Shown here piece by piece: positions 38,066 through 49,928 of a stretch of 64,000 bases of DNA. The DNA is from Pristiophorus japonicus (taxonomy: Eukaryota). Location of the stretch: positions 208,258,001 to 208,322,000 of the forward strand of contig NC_091987.1 of NCBI RefSeq assembly GCF_044704955.1. The letters are read 5' to 3'. The translations under genes and the position numbers were made by a program. Each line of letters opens with the position of its first letter. The stretch's first letter is position 1. The notes under the pieces were generated by a model, which was not told where the DNA came from, searched no databases, and was given only the letters and a program-made list of their open reading frames with translations.

Positions 38066-38240
38066 CAGGTGCAATGTCCTGAATCCGGGCTTCCAAAAAC
38101 CGGAATTATCTGAAAACCGGACATTTTGGCAAGTGGTGAGGAGCAGAGGATCGGCGGGCAGTGAGGTCCGAAATCCGGCAAAACCTGAAATCCGTCACGG
38201 ACACAGTCCCGAGAATTCCGGATTTCAGACCTTGTACCTG
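38066..38240. mobile_element. Tc1/mariner-pogo-type MITE
   Basis: TA|CAGGT..AATCCGG ... CCGGATT..ACCTG|TA, i.e. imperfect TIRs flanked by a TA TSD. Confidence 0.7.
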
Positions 38241-38468
38241 TACTTCCAATAGAAACTGAAGACGTAGACAATTCTGTTGGTCAACAATTGATGACAGAAA
38301 ATTCCTAAATATTATTCCTATCAATTAATGTTGTTTATTAATGACAGAGTTAATTGCTGTATGCTACAAAAAGCCATAGTATTGAGAAATAAATGTCAGT
38401 AATGTTATTTGTTAAAACATATTAAATATCCTATTCTTTCTGATATGTTAGGTGAATAGGGATCAGGT

Positions 38469-39081
38469 GGGGAGAAATTTGGTTCGCTAACATCCCTCAC
38501 AGGGGTGCTAAAGGCCATGAGCGCCGGCATTTGTGCCGCTTGGCAAATTCAGTGTGCCGGTACCAGCCGTGCTGAGGAGTATCACCCGGCAGCCTTGCGC
38601 CGTGTGCAATGCCCCCGGTATTAACACGGTTGCAACATTTGGTTTGCGCTGCACCCGTAGCGCCCCCTAGTGACCCCGCCAGAGAAAGCTGGCGTGCAGA
38701 ACTGTCCTGGGGTGCTATGGGAAGGAATGACTGCGTGAGGTAAGTGTGATCGATACTTTTTTCTTGAGGTTTAACTTTATTTGGGGTGATTAATGTACAG
38801 GGAATATTTTTGGTGTTTTTTTGTTCCGATTTTTTGTTGTTGCAAGTGAAGCCTCTCTTAGGAGCGCTATGAAGCCGGCTCTTTAGCTCGGGATATTCAG
38901 TTGCTCACCCGGCCTAGCGCCCTGAGAGAAGTGTGGAACATCTCCCTCAGCGCTCCATTCCACTCTCAGGGCACAACAACTGGATTTTGCTGATCCTGTC
39001 ACTAAAGATTTTCCGCCGCTAAATTTAGCGACCGCTCAACATTAGCGTCTTCGGAACCCGCCAACCTCATTTCTAACCCCC
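38469..39081. mobile_element. Degenerate GC-rich Harbinger-like non-autonomous element
   Basis: GGGGAGAAATT.. / ..ATTTCTAACCCC termini and a layout like 40143-40776. Confidence 0.45.
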
Positions 39082-39772
39082 TGGAAGTTCTTCCAAAATC
39101 TGGACTAACATTCTTTTTTGCACCCACCACATCAAGAACAGATTACCAGTGATTCATTTTACTTGTGAAGCACAATGACCCCAGAGCAGTGGGAGTGACG
39201 AGATTTCCATTTTTAAAATTTCAGTTCAGATAAACCAGCGATCAATGTATAACGTTTGCACAAGGAACCCATTGTGAATCACTTTGCTTGAGTGTCACCT
39301 TGGCTTAGGGGTAGCATTCCCATCTCTGAGTCAGAAGTTCAAGCCCTACTTCATCGATTTAGCACATTATCTGGGTGGAAACTTCAAAGCAATGCTGAGG
39401 GATTTTACTGCAGTGCTCAATGTGTGGACTTTTGGATCAGATCTTAAACCAATTGAGGTGAAGGTTTAAAGCCGCATAGCAAGAGGAGTAGGCCGTTCAG
39501 CCCCTGTTCCTTCATTCAATTAGATCATGGCTGATCTGTATCTTTTCAAAAAAAATTAGTGAGTTCTTCCAGTATGCAAGCTAACATTCCTTTTTCAACC
39601 AACAGTATCAAGAACAGTTTAACCCGCGATTCATCTTATTTGCTGTTTGTGGGAGCTTGCTGTGCATTATTGGCTGCTGCGTTTGCCTACACAACAACAG
39701 TGACCACAGTTCAAAAGGAATCCATTGGATAAAATGCATTTTATGATATTCTGAGGAAATAATAAGAACAAA

Positions 39773-40875
39773 AGAACATAAGAATTAGGAGCAGGAGTAG
39801 GCCACATGGCCCCTTGAGCCTGCTCCGCCATTCAATAAGATCATGGCTGATCTTCGACCTCAACTCCACTTTCCCGCCCAATCGCCATATCCTTTGATTC
39901 CCCTAGAGTCCAAAAATCTGTCTATCTCAGCCTTGAATATACTCAACGATTCAGCATCCACAGCCCTCTGGGGTAAAGAACTCCAAAGATTCACAACCCT
40001 CTGAGTGAAGAAATTCCTCCTGATCTCTGTCTTAAATGGCCGACCCCCTTATCCTGAGACTGCGGCCCCTAGTTCTAGAGTCTCCAGCCAGGGGAAACAA
40101 CCTCTCAGCATCTACCCGATCAATCCTCCCTCATGATCCTATGGGCTGGAATTTCCATTGGCTTAGCCTCCGGTTTTTGGGCGGTATTGGCCATTGAGGG
40201 CGATAACGAGGTGAGCGGGAAATATCCCCACCTGAGGCATGCCGGCGGTTTCGAGGTACCGCTGGGGAGCGGCCCGCCAGCACACACCGTCCACAGATCG
40301 CCCTGGCGCGATATCTGGGTCAGCGGTAAGTATGAAAAAAAACGCCCACGAGGATCAGCGGAGCTGGGCGGTCGGTGAGTACCTCTTCAAGAAAAGGGTT
40401 GGTAATTGTTTTTTTGCTCATTATTTTTAAATTCTGTTATGGTGATTTCGGTTAAAAGAATGTTTCACTGATTTTTTTATGTTCTGTGTTTTAAAAAAAT
40501 ATTTTTAGTATTTTTCTGCTCCTAGGCCCAACCTGCAGCCTTGGGGCAAATTTTTAGTGACTTTTTAAATTTATCGCCCAGTTTCTTTAGGAACCGCCCA
40601 ATCGACCCTAAATTCCACTTTTTCGCCGAGAATCGGGGTGCAACGCCCATTTTCTTCGTTGGGCGGATTTTAAAATTTTGGTGGGTGGCAAGTTTTTGCT
40701 GGCGATAGTCTTGGGAATCTTGGCGGTCTTTTGGGCAGCAATCGGGCGCTGGCAAGTTGTTGGGAAATTCTCGCCCTATATGTTTAAAATGAGATCACCT
40801 CTCATTCTTCTAAACTCCAGAGAGTAAAGGCCCATTCTACTCAATCTCTCCTCACAGGACAACCCTCTCATCCTA
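39773..40875 (-). mobile_element. CR1 3' fragment split by a MITE
   Basis: The CR1 resumes seamlessly at 40777 (gatcc-tat-atgttt). Confidence 0.85.
40143..40776. mobile_element. Harbinger-type MITE (634 bp)
   Basis: TIRs GGGCTGGAATTTCC / GGAAATTCTCGCCC, with TSD TAT verifiable against the interrupted CR1. Confidence 0.82.
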
Positions 40876-42043
40876 GGTAAAGTATTATATAAGCGCAATT
40901 TAAAAATAAATTCTTTCCATTAAAAATATTGGGGCCGAAATTGCCGCTTTTTTTTTTAAAGGCCCGTTACGCCTCTCAGAGGCTTTTCCACCCGGGGGCA
41001 GTGGAAACGGATTTCCGCCATGCCCCGTCTTTCCCACCCCGTTCGGCGCGCCGGCCGCTTTGCCCCATGGGGGCGCGGTCGGCGGTGGTTGGTGCCCCCT
41101 GACAGCTCCGTGGGGTGCAAAGCTGCCAGTGGTTGGGCGCTGTGACTGCTCTTAAAGGGGAGGGCGTACCGCCACGCCCGTCATTTTCTTTTAATTGGCG
41201 GCCGACTCCTGAGTAGGCCGACACCGGCGGCTACTGGTTCGGTCAGGCTGCCGACAGGCAGCCCCGGCACCCCACCTTTGGACCTTTGGTTAACAAGAAT
41301 CTATCAATCTCAGATTTAAAATGAACAATTGATCGAGCTTCAATTGCCGTTTGCGGAAGAAAGTTCCAAACTTCTACCACCCTTTGTGTATAGAAGTGTT
41401 TCCTATTTTCACTCCTGAAAGGTCTGCCTCCAATTGTTAGACTGTGACCCCTAGTCCTAGAATCCCCAATAGTCTAGGGGAGTGAGGGGTTTCCAAGCAT
41501 GAAGAGTGTGGAGAGTAATGCTAGTGATTTCAACGGCTGGAAACAACTTTTTGGAGTGATTATTTTGACATTCTATCTTTACAGCTTGTATATGCTACTC
41601 ACTGTTGCTAGGAGTCCCCGAGGCTCCCCAACCAGTGGAAAAAGTTTCTTTCTATCTATCCTATCTGTTGCTCTTAATAGCTTGAAATATGTTGCACCAT
41701 CTTCACTTTAGTCGCCATCTAACAGGGGCTCTCGGTTGCTCTGTCACTTGCCTTTACCTTGGGTTGCCTTTCTTTCATTTCTGCCTGCAACTTCCTAGTC
41801 CACTACCCCTTCAGCTTCGGCAAAGGATTCCATAATTTTTATCACCCTATGTTGACATTCTGCTTTAGTTGGTCCCATCATTTTACATCTTTACTTGTAG
41901 ATTTTGACTTTGTGTAATAATGTATAGCGGGTAATAGCCACTGGAAATAAAAATCGGGAGAGATGTAAATGGTCTGCCGATTCGCAATCACCCGTTTTAC
42001 ACTAGTGCACAAAGTCAGGTTATACACCCTAGTTTGCTCTCCA

Positions 42044-42419
42044 TATAAGATTCTGAGGGGGATTGACAGGGTAGATGCTGAGAGGATGTTTCTCCCTGGT
42101 TGGAGAGTCTAGAACTAGGGGACATAATCTCAGGATAAGGGGTCGGCCATTTAAGACAGAGATGAGGAGGAATTTCTTCACTCAGAGGGTTGTGAATCTT
42201 TGGTATTCTCTACCCCTAAGGGCTGTGGATGCTGAATCGTTGAGTATACTCAAAGCTGAGAGTGATAGACTTTTGGACCCTAGGGGTATCAAAGGCTATG
42301 GAGATCAGGTGGGAAAGTGGAGTTGAGGTCGAAGATTAGCCACGATCGTATTGAGTGGTGGAGCAGGCTCGAGGGGCTGTATGGCCTACTCCTGTTCCTA
42401 ATTTTTATGTTCTTATGTT
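42044..42419 (+). mobile_element. CR1 3' fragment
   Basis: RTRGH.LRIRG..RNFFTQRVVNLW and a TTCTTATG tail. Confidence 0.88.
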
Positions 42420-42933
42420 CCACCTGATGCTAAGTTAATGAGTTGACCTCGAAAAATTGGGTGCATCCAATTAGTCTATCCAAAACCTGCCAATAGCCAT
42501 TGTGGGTATAATTGCTTCTGGCCGGTAATGCAAAGTGGGCGATAGTGCATATGAAGCCTGTTTTTACACTCCACCTGCGTGGAAAAGAATATGGGGCAGA
42601 ATGTGTAAAGGGGTGCAAATTTGCTATCGCTGTTTGCATTACCATCTGAGAAGAATTCCACCCCCATTGGGTCTCAACTGCACCAACAGTGGAAAATCTA
42701 GGCTAGTGCTTGGAAAAGATGAACTTCGATTTTAAAAAGCAGACCATCGGTGCATGGATTACATTAAAACATTTTCATGCAACTCACCGGGAAACTGGAC
42801 CATCCCATCACTGAATAGACAGGCGACGGCTGTAATCTGGGTCATGTCACACAGAACAGCAATAAAGGTCAACGAGGGGGTTTCATACAGCCAGTGAAGG
42901 CAACACAATCATGATTGAGCACTAATTACATAC

Positions 42934-42985
42934 CTTCAAAGTCCCTTGCTTCCAAGTTCACTAATGTGTCAGCTGCGATGACCAT
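42934..42985 (-). CDS. NFKBID: Nuclear IkappaB short exon, MVIAADTLVNLEARDFE(G)
   Basis: 52 nt, phase 0/1, acceptor tttttgcag, donor gtatgt. LEARDFEG-LTPLH matches NFKBID and the phase fits the next exon. Confidence 0.88.
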
Positions 42986-43884
42986 CTGCAAAAACAGACA
43001 AGTTTGACTGAGGATCGGAACTGACAGAACAGAAAACATTTCTTTGTGCTTTCCATGGAAGCAGTCAGCTTTCAATCTACGCAACCTCCCATCCCAGGAA
43101 TGTGATCCCACCCTGTCCATCTCATTCCAAGAATGTAATCCCATGTGTCTAAAGGCCATGCCAGTAGTTCCTGCATTTCACTTGCCTTCTTTTGAAGAGC
43201 AGCACTCTGGAGGCGAGACTATTTGCAGCAATATTGAAAGTTCTTTGCTAAGACTATAGCTGTTATGGTTTTGATAGAAGCGAGTGGCTACTGCTACGGG
43301 TAAGTTCTGTGTCGACAATTGTCTTTGGTTTCTTTCGCTGGGGTGAGAGAAAAAAACTCACAAATCCCACAAGACAAAGGATAAAAATAAGGGAGAAAAT
43401 GAGGGAGAGAGAAAAAGTCCCAAAGAAAAAAAGAGAGAAGCCAATATAATCTCACTGACTATCTCCTGCCCATGTGCAACAGCTCGCCTAGTTTTCTCAT
43501 CAATAATTTTCTCCCCTCCTCTCAGTCTTGGGCTCACTGACTAGGTTGGGTCCCATGAGCACTGGTTGTCTTCCAGTACATAATCCAAATAGACGTTAGT
43601 CATCTGTGCAACGTGACAGTGAGTGCGAGCAAGTTGTTCAAATATAGGCAACGTCACAGCAAAGTCCAACCTCACCGTCAACTAAGCACAGTACTTCCAA
43701 CAGGAGTCGCTGGATAGCAAAGAGGATCAGGAATCCCAGCGATCTGCCTTCCCTTAGCCAGGAGACTCTGAGGCTAATTGTAGCTGTGCCCCATACAAAC
43801 GCAGGGCTTGTAACACCTGCCCATTTACTTCCTCCCATATCAGTGTCCAGGGTCGCATAACATTCCTCCTGCATGAGATCGCAA

Positions 43885-44125
43885 ATTACGCGTACTTCTT
43901 CCAATCTAACATATCGTATTCCCTGCTAGTGCTGTGGTCTCTTTTACATTGGGGAGACCAAATGTAGAACAGGTTGCCGTTTTGCCAAACACCTCTGCTT
44001 TGTCTGCAACCGTGACCCTCCCAAGATCCCTATGTCTCACCGTTTTAACTCCCTCAACCATTCCCACTCTGACCTCTCTGTCATTGGTCCTATACACAGG
44101 TCCATCAAAGCTCAACGCGAGCTTC
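43885..44125 (+). mobile_element. Degenerate Penelope GIY-YIG fragment
   Basis: Similar to 26020-26270 (tgtggtctcttttacattggggagaccaaa..). Confidence 0.65.
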
Positions 44126-44213
44126 AAGATCTTGCTGGAGCAGGACAACTCACAGCGTATACTGTTAGTTAGACTTTGTCCTGCACCCTTCAGCTTATTG
44201 ATTATCGCATTAA

Positions 44214-44720
44214 GTTAGGGCTGGAATGTAACAGCATAAGTAGCTTTTAACAACACGATAATTGTTCGTGCAATGCCAATCAACCTCTTTAGCCCAAAAA
44301 ATAAATCTAAAGATTATTGTGCTGTAACTTGCTGGAAGTCCGAGCTTATAACGGGGCATCCGGGACTTTCGTGAACAGCGGGATCAACTGTGCATCTCCT
44401 TCACCAATGAGATCGAAGGATTGAGAAAGAAACAGAGGAATGATAGCGAAGGAAGTTAACTCAAGTACAGAAAGAGAAATAAAGAGAAAGAAAGAAAGAT
44501 CGGATTAAGAGAGCAAAAAGAGACAGAAAGGAAAATAAGAAAACAATTGAAAATTAAAAAGGTGACATTTTTAAAATCTCCAAGAAGAATTTACTACATG
44601 CAGGAATGAGACTTAACAGTTTAAATTGTTCCTTTTCTGGGCTAAAGAGGTTGATTGGCATTGCACGAACAATTATCATGTTGTTAAAAGCTATTTATGC
44701 TGTTAAATTCCAGCCCTAAC
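44214..44720. repeat. Long inverted repeat (about 85-bp arms, about 330-bp spacer)
   Basis: 44214-44299 versus the reverse complement of 44634-44720, differing at about 4 positions. Confidence 0.85.
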
Positions 44721-45117
44721 ATTCTGCGGTGAGTCTAATGGGCAATTAATGTAAAAATCCAGCAAGTTCTTAAAAATAATGAGAAGGCTAAGGGCAAGAT
44801 GCCGTTTGTGCAAAGTAAATCAACCAGTGAGTTCTGGAGATGCGTAACTCACGCCGTATCTCTTAATCCCCTGAACTTGCTGGCCGATTTGCACACTAAA
44901 AGCCGTGTGTGCCGTTAACTTGCCATATTGTCCCAGCCCTATCGCTTGTCTTTCTCCTGGGCAAAGCCTGAACATTGACTTTGCTAACTCCCGACTTTAG
45001 CTATATTCTAATTTTCAATCCTGCTGTAACCCCACACCCAACCCCAGATTTTCTAGCTCTCCCTTCTCCTTGCATTTTCCCAGGTCTCTTACCTTTTTGG
45101 GCACTTACCCGGCGGGC

Positions 45118-45275
45118 GGGGGGTAATATTGACTTTGGGTGATAGTGTGAAATGGTCGATATTGATTCAGTCGCCATTGGAAGTCAATGAAAATTAAAAT
45201 GGGGAGAGATGTGTAACTGGCAGCTAAATCAATATCACCCGTTTTACACTATCGCCCTAAGTCAAAATTACCCCC
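45118..45275. mobile_element. Fold-back MITE (about 155 bp)
   Basis: GGGGTAATATTGACTTTGGGTGATAGTGTGAAA / TTTTACACTATCGCCCTAAGTCAAAATTACCCC arms. Confidence 0.75.
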
Positions 45276-45364
45276 TCTGTCTTTTTAATGTTTGATGTTT
45301 CTGACTGAGCGTACATTGTGATATCTCCCTGTGGTTGTTTATTTCTTTTAAAACAAAAAGTAAA

Positions 45365-45695
45365 GAAAGACTTGGATTTATATAGCGCCTTTCACTACCT
45401 TGGGACATCCCAAAGCACTTTACAGCCAATGACGTACTTTTTGAAGTGTAGTCACTGTTGTAATGTAGGAAACACGGCAGCCAATTTGCGCACAGCAAGC
45501 TCCCACAAACAGCAATGTGATAATGACCCAGATAATCTGTTTTTTGTTCTGTTGATTGAGGGATAAACATTGGCCTGGACATCGGGGAGAACTCCCCTGC
45601 TCTTCTTCGAAATAGTGCCATGGGATCTTTTACGTCCACTTGAGAGAGCAGACGGGGCCTCGGTTTAGTGTCTCATCAGAAAGACGGCACCTCCT
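45365..45695 (-). mobile_element. SacSINE1-like DeuSINE, 5'-truncated
   Basis: Tail and Deu domain present. Confidence 0.85.
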
Positions 45696-46707
45696 AAAGT
45701 CATAGTTGGCACCATCAGAGGTGTGAAGGTTCACCATACTTTCATTAGACCAAGTCATTATAAACTGAATATTGATTCCAAGGTGACCTTATTCTCACCT
45801 TTCAGCTGCAACTATCAGTCACCCCCCTGCACTTTAATTTAAGCGCGCAACATTCTTTCCTGATGTGAGCTCAAATCCACACTCCACTTATAACCCGGCT
45901 CCAGAGAATAATGCTCGGTGAAGATGTGCATGAGTCTACTCACATGCCAGCAGTAGCTGAGGCTAACCGTCCTTTCGTCAAAGGCACAGAGACATTTTTC
46001 ACCATGTTTTAAAAAAAATAATCATTGCCAACTGCTAATATGCTTTTTCATCTCCGCACCTTCGAAGATTTCATATTTATTGCTGATGTTCTTCTTTGTA
46101 CTGATCATAACCGCGACCCTGCTTCATATACACAGGATAATAGAGTCGGGTGATGTGTTTACAATGGATGAAACTCAGTGAAGCCTTTCTGATGGTGTCA
46201 TAAACCCTGACAGTAGATTTAAGCACTTGCTGAGCATCAGGAGAACTGTAAGATTGAATTGCAGCCTGAAGCGCTCCAGCAAACACTTACTGTTCTTTAT
46301 ATGAGGCAGTCTCCATTTTAATAAATAATAATTGAAGTTACTTTATGAGTGTGTGTTAGCTGAAATGAGCATGGAAGAGATGACATGACAGGGTCAATAG
46401 ACCCGTAATGTGGAGCCTGAAGGTATATGAATCACTTCAATGTATATTTCTCTTGCACCTGTGCTAGATTTTTTCAATTTTTGATAGCTATAACACTGCT
46501 TGACTGTTAGAAAACTTTACGGGTTCGATTTTAAATCCTGGACGGGAGTGTGGCCTAGAAATTGGGGAGGCCCAGTCAATTTAAACCACCGGGCCTGGTT
46601 AGCATTCCAGAGACCATTCCTCTGTCAACTGTTTTAACAAGAGTGCTAACCCATTTGTCGGACAGAAGCCCATATTAAAATAGCAGATAAGGCAACTTCA
46701 TAGGAAC

Positions 46708-47035
46708 ATGTTGGGGAAGTCCAGAACCAGGGGTCACAGTTTAAGGATAAGAGGTAAGCCATTTAGGACCGAGATGAGGAGAAACTTCTTCGCTCAGAGA
46801 ATTGTCAACCTGTGGAATTCTCTACCACAGAAAGTTGTTGAGGCCAGTTCGTTAGATATATTCAAAATGGAGTTAGATATGGCCCTTATGGCTAAAAGGA
46901 TCAAGGGGTATGGAGAGAAAGCAGGAAAGAGGTACTGAGGTGAATGATCAGCCATGATCGTATTGAATGGTGGTGTAGGCTTGAAGGGCTGAATGGCCTA
47001 CTCCTGCACCTATTTTCTATGCTTTCTATGTTTCT
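46708..47035 (+). mobile_element. CR1 3' end
   Basis: ORF 46708..46938 and a TATGTTTC tail. Confidence 0.88.
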
Positions 47036-47131
47036 AAGTGTTTGTAGCACGTAGCACAATTTCTACTCCTTGGTGACAAAGGCTTCCTGTGGCCTCCATA
47101 GTTACTGGGAGGAAGTGAGGCAGTTGGGGGA

Positions 47132-47755
47132 AAACATAAGAACATAAGGAATAGGAGCAGGAGTCAGCCATTTGTCCCCTCAAGCCTGATCTGCCATTCA
47201 ATAAGATCATAGTTGATCTGATCTTGGCCTCAACTCCACTTTCCCACCCGCTCGCCATAACCCTTGACACCCCTATCTGTCTATCTCCACCTTAAATATA
47301 TTCAAAGACCCAGCCTCCACAGCTCTCTGGGGTAGAGAATTCCAAAGATTCATGACCCTCTGGGCTAAGAAATTCCTCCTCATCTCCGTTTTAAATGGGC
47401 GACCTCTTATTCTGAAACTATGCCCCCTAGTTCTAGATTACCCCACGAGGGGAAACATCCTCTCTGCATCTACCCTGTCAATCCCCCTCAGAATCTTATA
47501 TAAGATATATAAGATCACCTCTCATTCTTTTAAACTCCAATGAGTATAGGCCCAACCTGCTCAACCTTTCCTCATAAGACAACCCCTTCATCTCATGAAT
47601 CAACCTCGTGAAGCTTCTCTGAACTGCCTCCAAAGCAAGTATATCCCTCCTTCAATAAGGAGACCAAAACTGCATGCAGTACTCCAGGTGTGGTCTCACC
47701 AACGTCCTGTACAGTTGTAGCAAGACTTCTCTACTTTTATACTCCATCTCCCTTG
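47132..47755 (-). mobile_element. CR1 3' fragment
   Basis: [13 protein letters not shown] and a CATAAGAA tail. Confidence 0.88.
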
Positions 47756-47869
47756 CACCTGGAAATCTCAGGGACATGGGGGTCCTACCACATCTAACGC
47801 CAGGGGGCCTCGTTGTTATTTTCTTCTTTGGTTCCCCGCCCAACAGCCAGCCAGATTGCCAGGCCGGTC

Positions 47870-49328
47870 GGTAACCCCACTTTTAAAAAAAGGAGGGAGA
47901 GAGAAAACAGGGAATTATAGACCGGTCAGCCTGACCTCAGTAGTGGGTAAAATGATGGAATCAATTATTAAGGATGTCATAGCAGCGCATTTGGAAAGAG
48001 GTGACATGATAGGTCCAAGTCAGCATGGATTTGTGAAAGGGAAATCATGCTTGACAAATCTTCTGGAATTTTTTGAGGATGTTTCCAGTAAAGTGGACAA
48101 AGGAGAACCAGTTGATGTGGTATATTTGGACTTTCAGAAGGCTTTCGACAAGGTCCCACACAGGAGATTAATGTGCAAAGTTAAAGCACATGGGATTGGG
48201 GGTAGTGTGCTGACATGGATTGAGAACTGGTTGTCAGACAGGAAACAAAGAGTCGGAGTAAATGGATACTTTTCAGAATGGCAGGCAGTGACTAGTGGGG
48301 TACCGCAAGGTTCTGTGCTGGGACCCCAGCTGTTTACATTGTACATTAATGATTTAGACGAGGGGATTAAATGTAGTATCTTCAAATTTGTGGATGACAC
48401 TAAGTTGGGTGTCAGTGTGAGCTGCGAGGAGGATGCTATGAGGCTGCAGAGTGACTTGGATAGGTTAGGTGAGTGGGCAAATGAATGGCAGATGAAGTAT
48501 AATGTGGATAAATGTGAGGTTATCCACTTTGGTGGTAAAAACAGAGAGACAGACTATTATCTGAATGGTGACAGATTAGGAAAAGGGAAGGTGCAACAAG
48601 ACCTGGGTGTCATGGTACATCAGTCATTGAAGGTTGGCATGCAGGTACAGCAGGCGGTTAAGAAAGCAAATGGCATGTTGGCCTTCATAGTGAGGGGATT
48701 TGAGTACAGGGGCAGGGAGGTGTTGCTACAGTTGTACAGGGCCTTGGTGAGGCCACACCTGGAGTATTGTGTACAGTTTTGGTCTCCTAACCTGAGGAAG
48801 GACATTCTTGCTATTGAGGGAGTGCAGCGAAGATTCACCAGACTGATTCTCGGGATGGCGGGACTGACCTATCAAGAAAGACTGGATCAACTGGGCTTGT
48901 ATTCACTGGAGTTCAGAAGAATGAGAGGGGACCTCATAGAAACGTTTAAAATTCTGATGGGTTTAGACAGGTTAGATGCAGGAAGAATGTTCCCAATGTT
49001 GGGGAAGTCCAGAACCAGGGGTCACAGTCTAAGGATAAGGGGTAAGCCATTTAGGACCGAGATGAGGAGAAACTTCTTCACCCAGAGAGTGGTGAACCTG
49101 TGGAATTCTCTACCACAGAAAGTAGTTGAGGCCAATTCACTAAATATATTCAAAAAGGAGTTAGATGAAGTCCTTACTACTCGGGGGATCAAGGGGTATG
49201 GCGAGAAAGCAGGAATGGGGTACTGAAGTTTCATGTTCAGCCATGAACTTATTGAATGACGGTGCAGGCTAGAAGGGCTGAATGGCCTACTCCTGCACCT
49301 ATTTTCTATGTTTCTATGTTTCTATGTT
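47870..49328 (+). mobile_element. Young 5'-truncated CR1 with an uninterrupted RT-containing reading frame (about 450 aa)
   Basis: NYRPVSLTS, QHGF, LDFQKAFDKV, GVPQGSVLGP, YINDL, FVDD, open to the natural stop at 49226. (TATGTTTC)3 tail. Confidence 0.95.
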
Positions 49329-49759
49329 TTAAAGTCTGCGGCAGGAGGCTGCAGCCGGGGATCGCTGGGGACATTCTCTGACAATCGGAAAAGAAGGAGG
49401 CTTGGTGGGCGGGGGAGTTGGAACCCGGCAATTGGGAGTGAAAGATCCAGGCTTGCGGGGTGGGGGGGGAGGTTGGGTAGGTGGTTTTGGCTGATGGCGG
49501 CAGTGAGGAGAAGCCACGAGGCAGAGGGGGCGTTGAAGGTTTGTTTGAGGGGCTGGTGAGGTGGGGAGGTGGCGGGGTGGGGGGGGGGGGTGGGCGCGGA
49601 GCACTCCTGCTGTCCCTGGCCCACAAGCAATGCTCTAAAAACTGTTTTATCTGCTGCAGCTGACTGCTCCCGTCTCCATTTCGCTGCCGGGTTTCCCGAG
49701 CCCTGGAAAACCAGGCTGGCAATTGTTAAATTTAAATCAGTCTCCCAGCTGCACATGAG

Positions 49760-49928
49760 ATTTAAGGTCTCATCTTAAAGACAGCACCTCCGACAGTGCA
49801 ACAGTCCCTTAGTACTGCACTGCCGTGCCAGCCCGGGATAATGTGGTCAAGTCTCTGGTGTGCGGCTTGAACCCACGACCTTCTGACTCGGAGACAAGGC
49901 TGCTACTAACTGAGCCACGCCTGACACC
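49760..49928 (-). mobile_element. DeuSINE head fragment
   Basis: ttgaacccacgaccttctgactc..actgagccac, a reversed tRNA head. Confidence 0.7.

Noticed and set aside
49306-49778. Cluster of overlapping Pro/Gly-rich ORFs
   Set aside because: They arise from a GC-rich, low-complexity repeat fragment with no coding signal.
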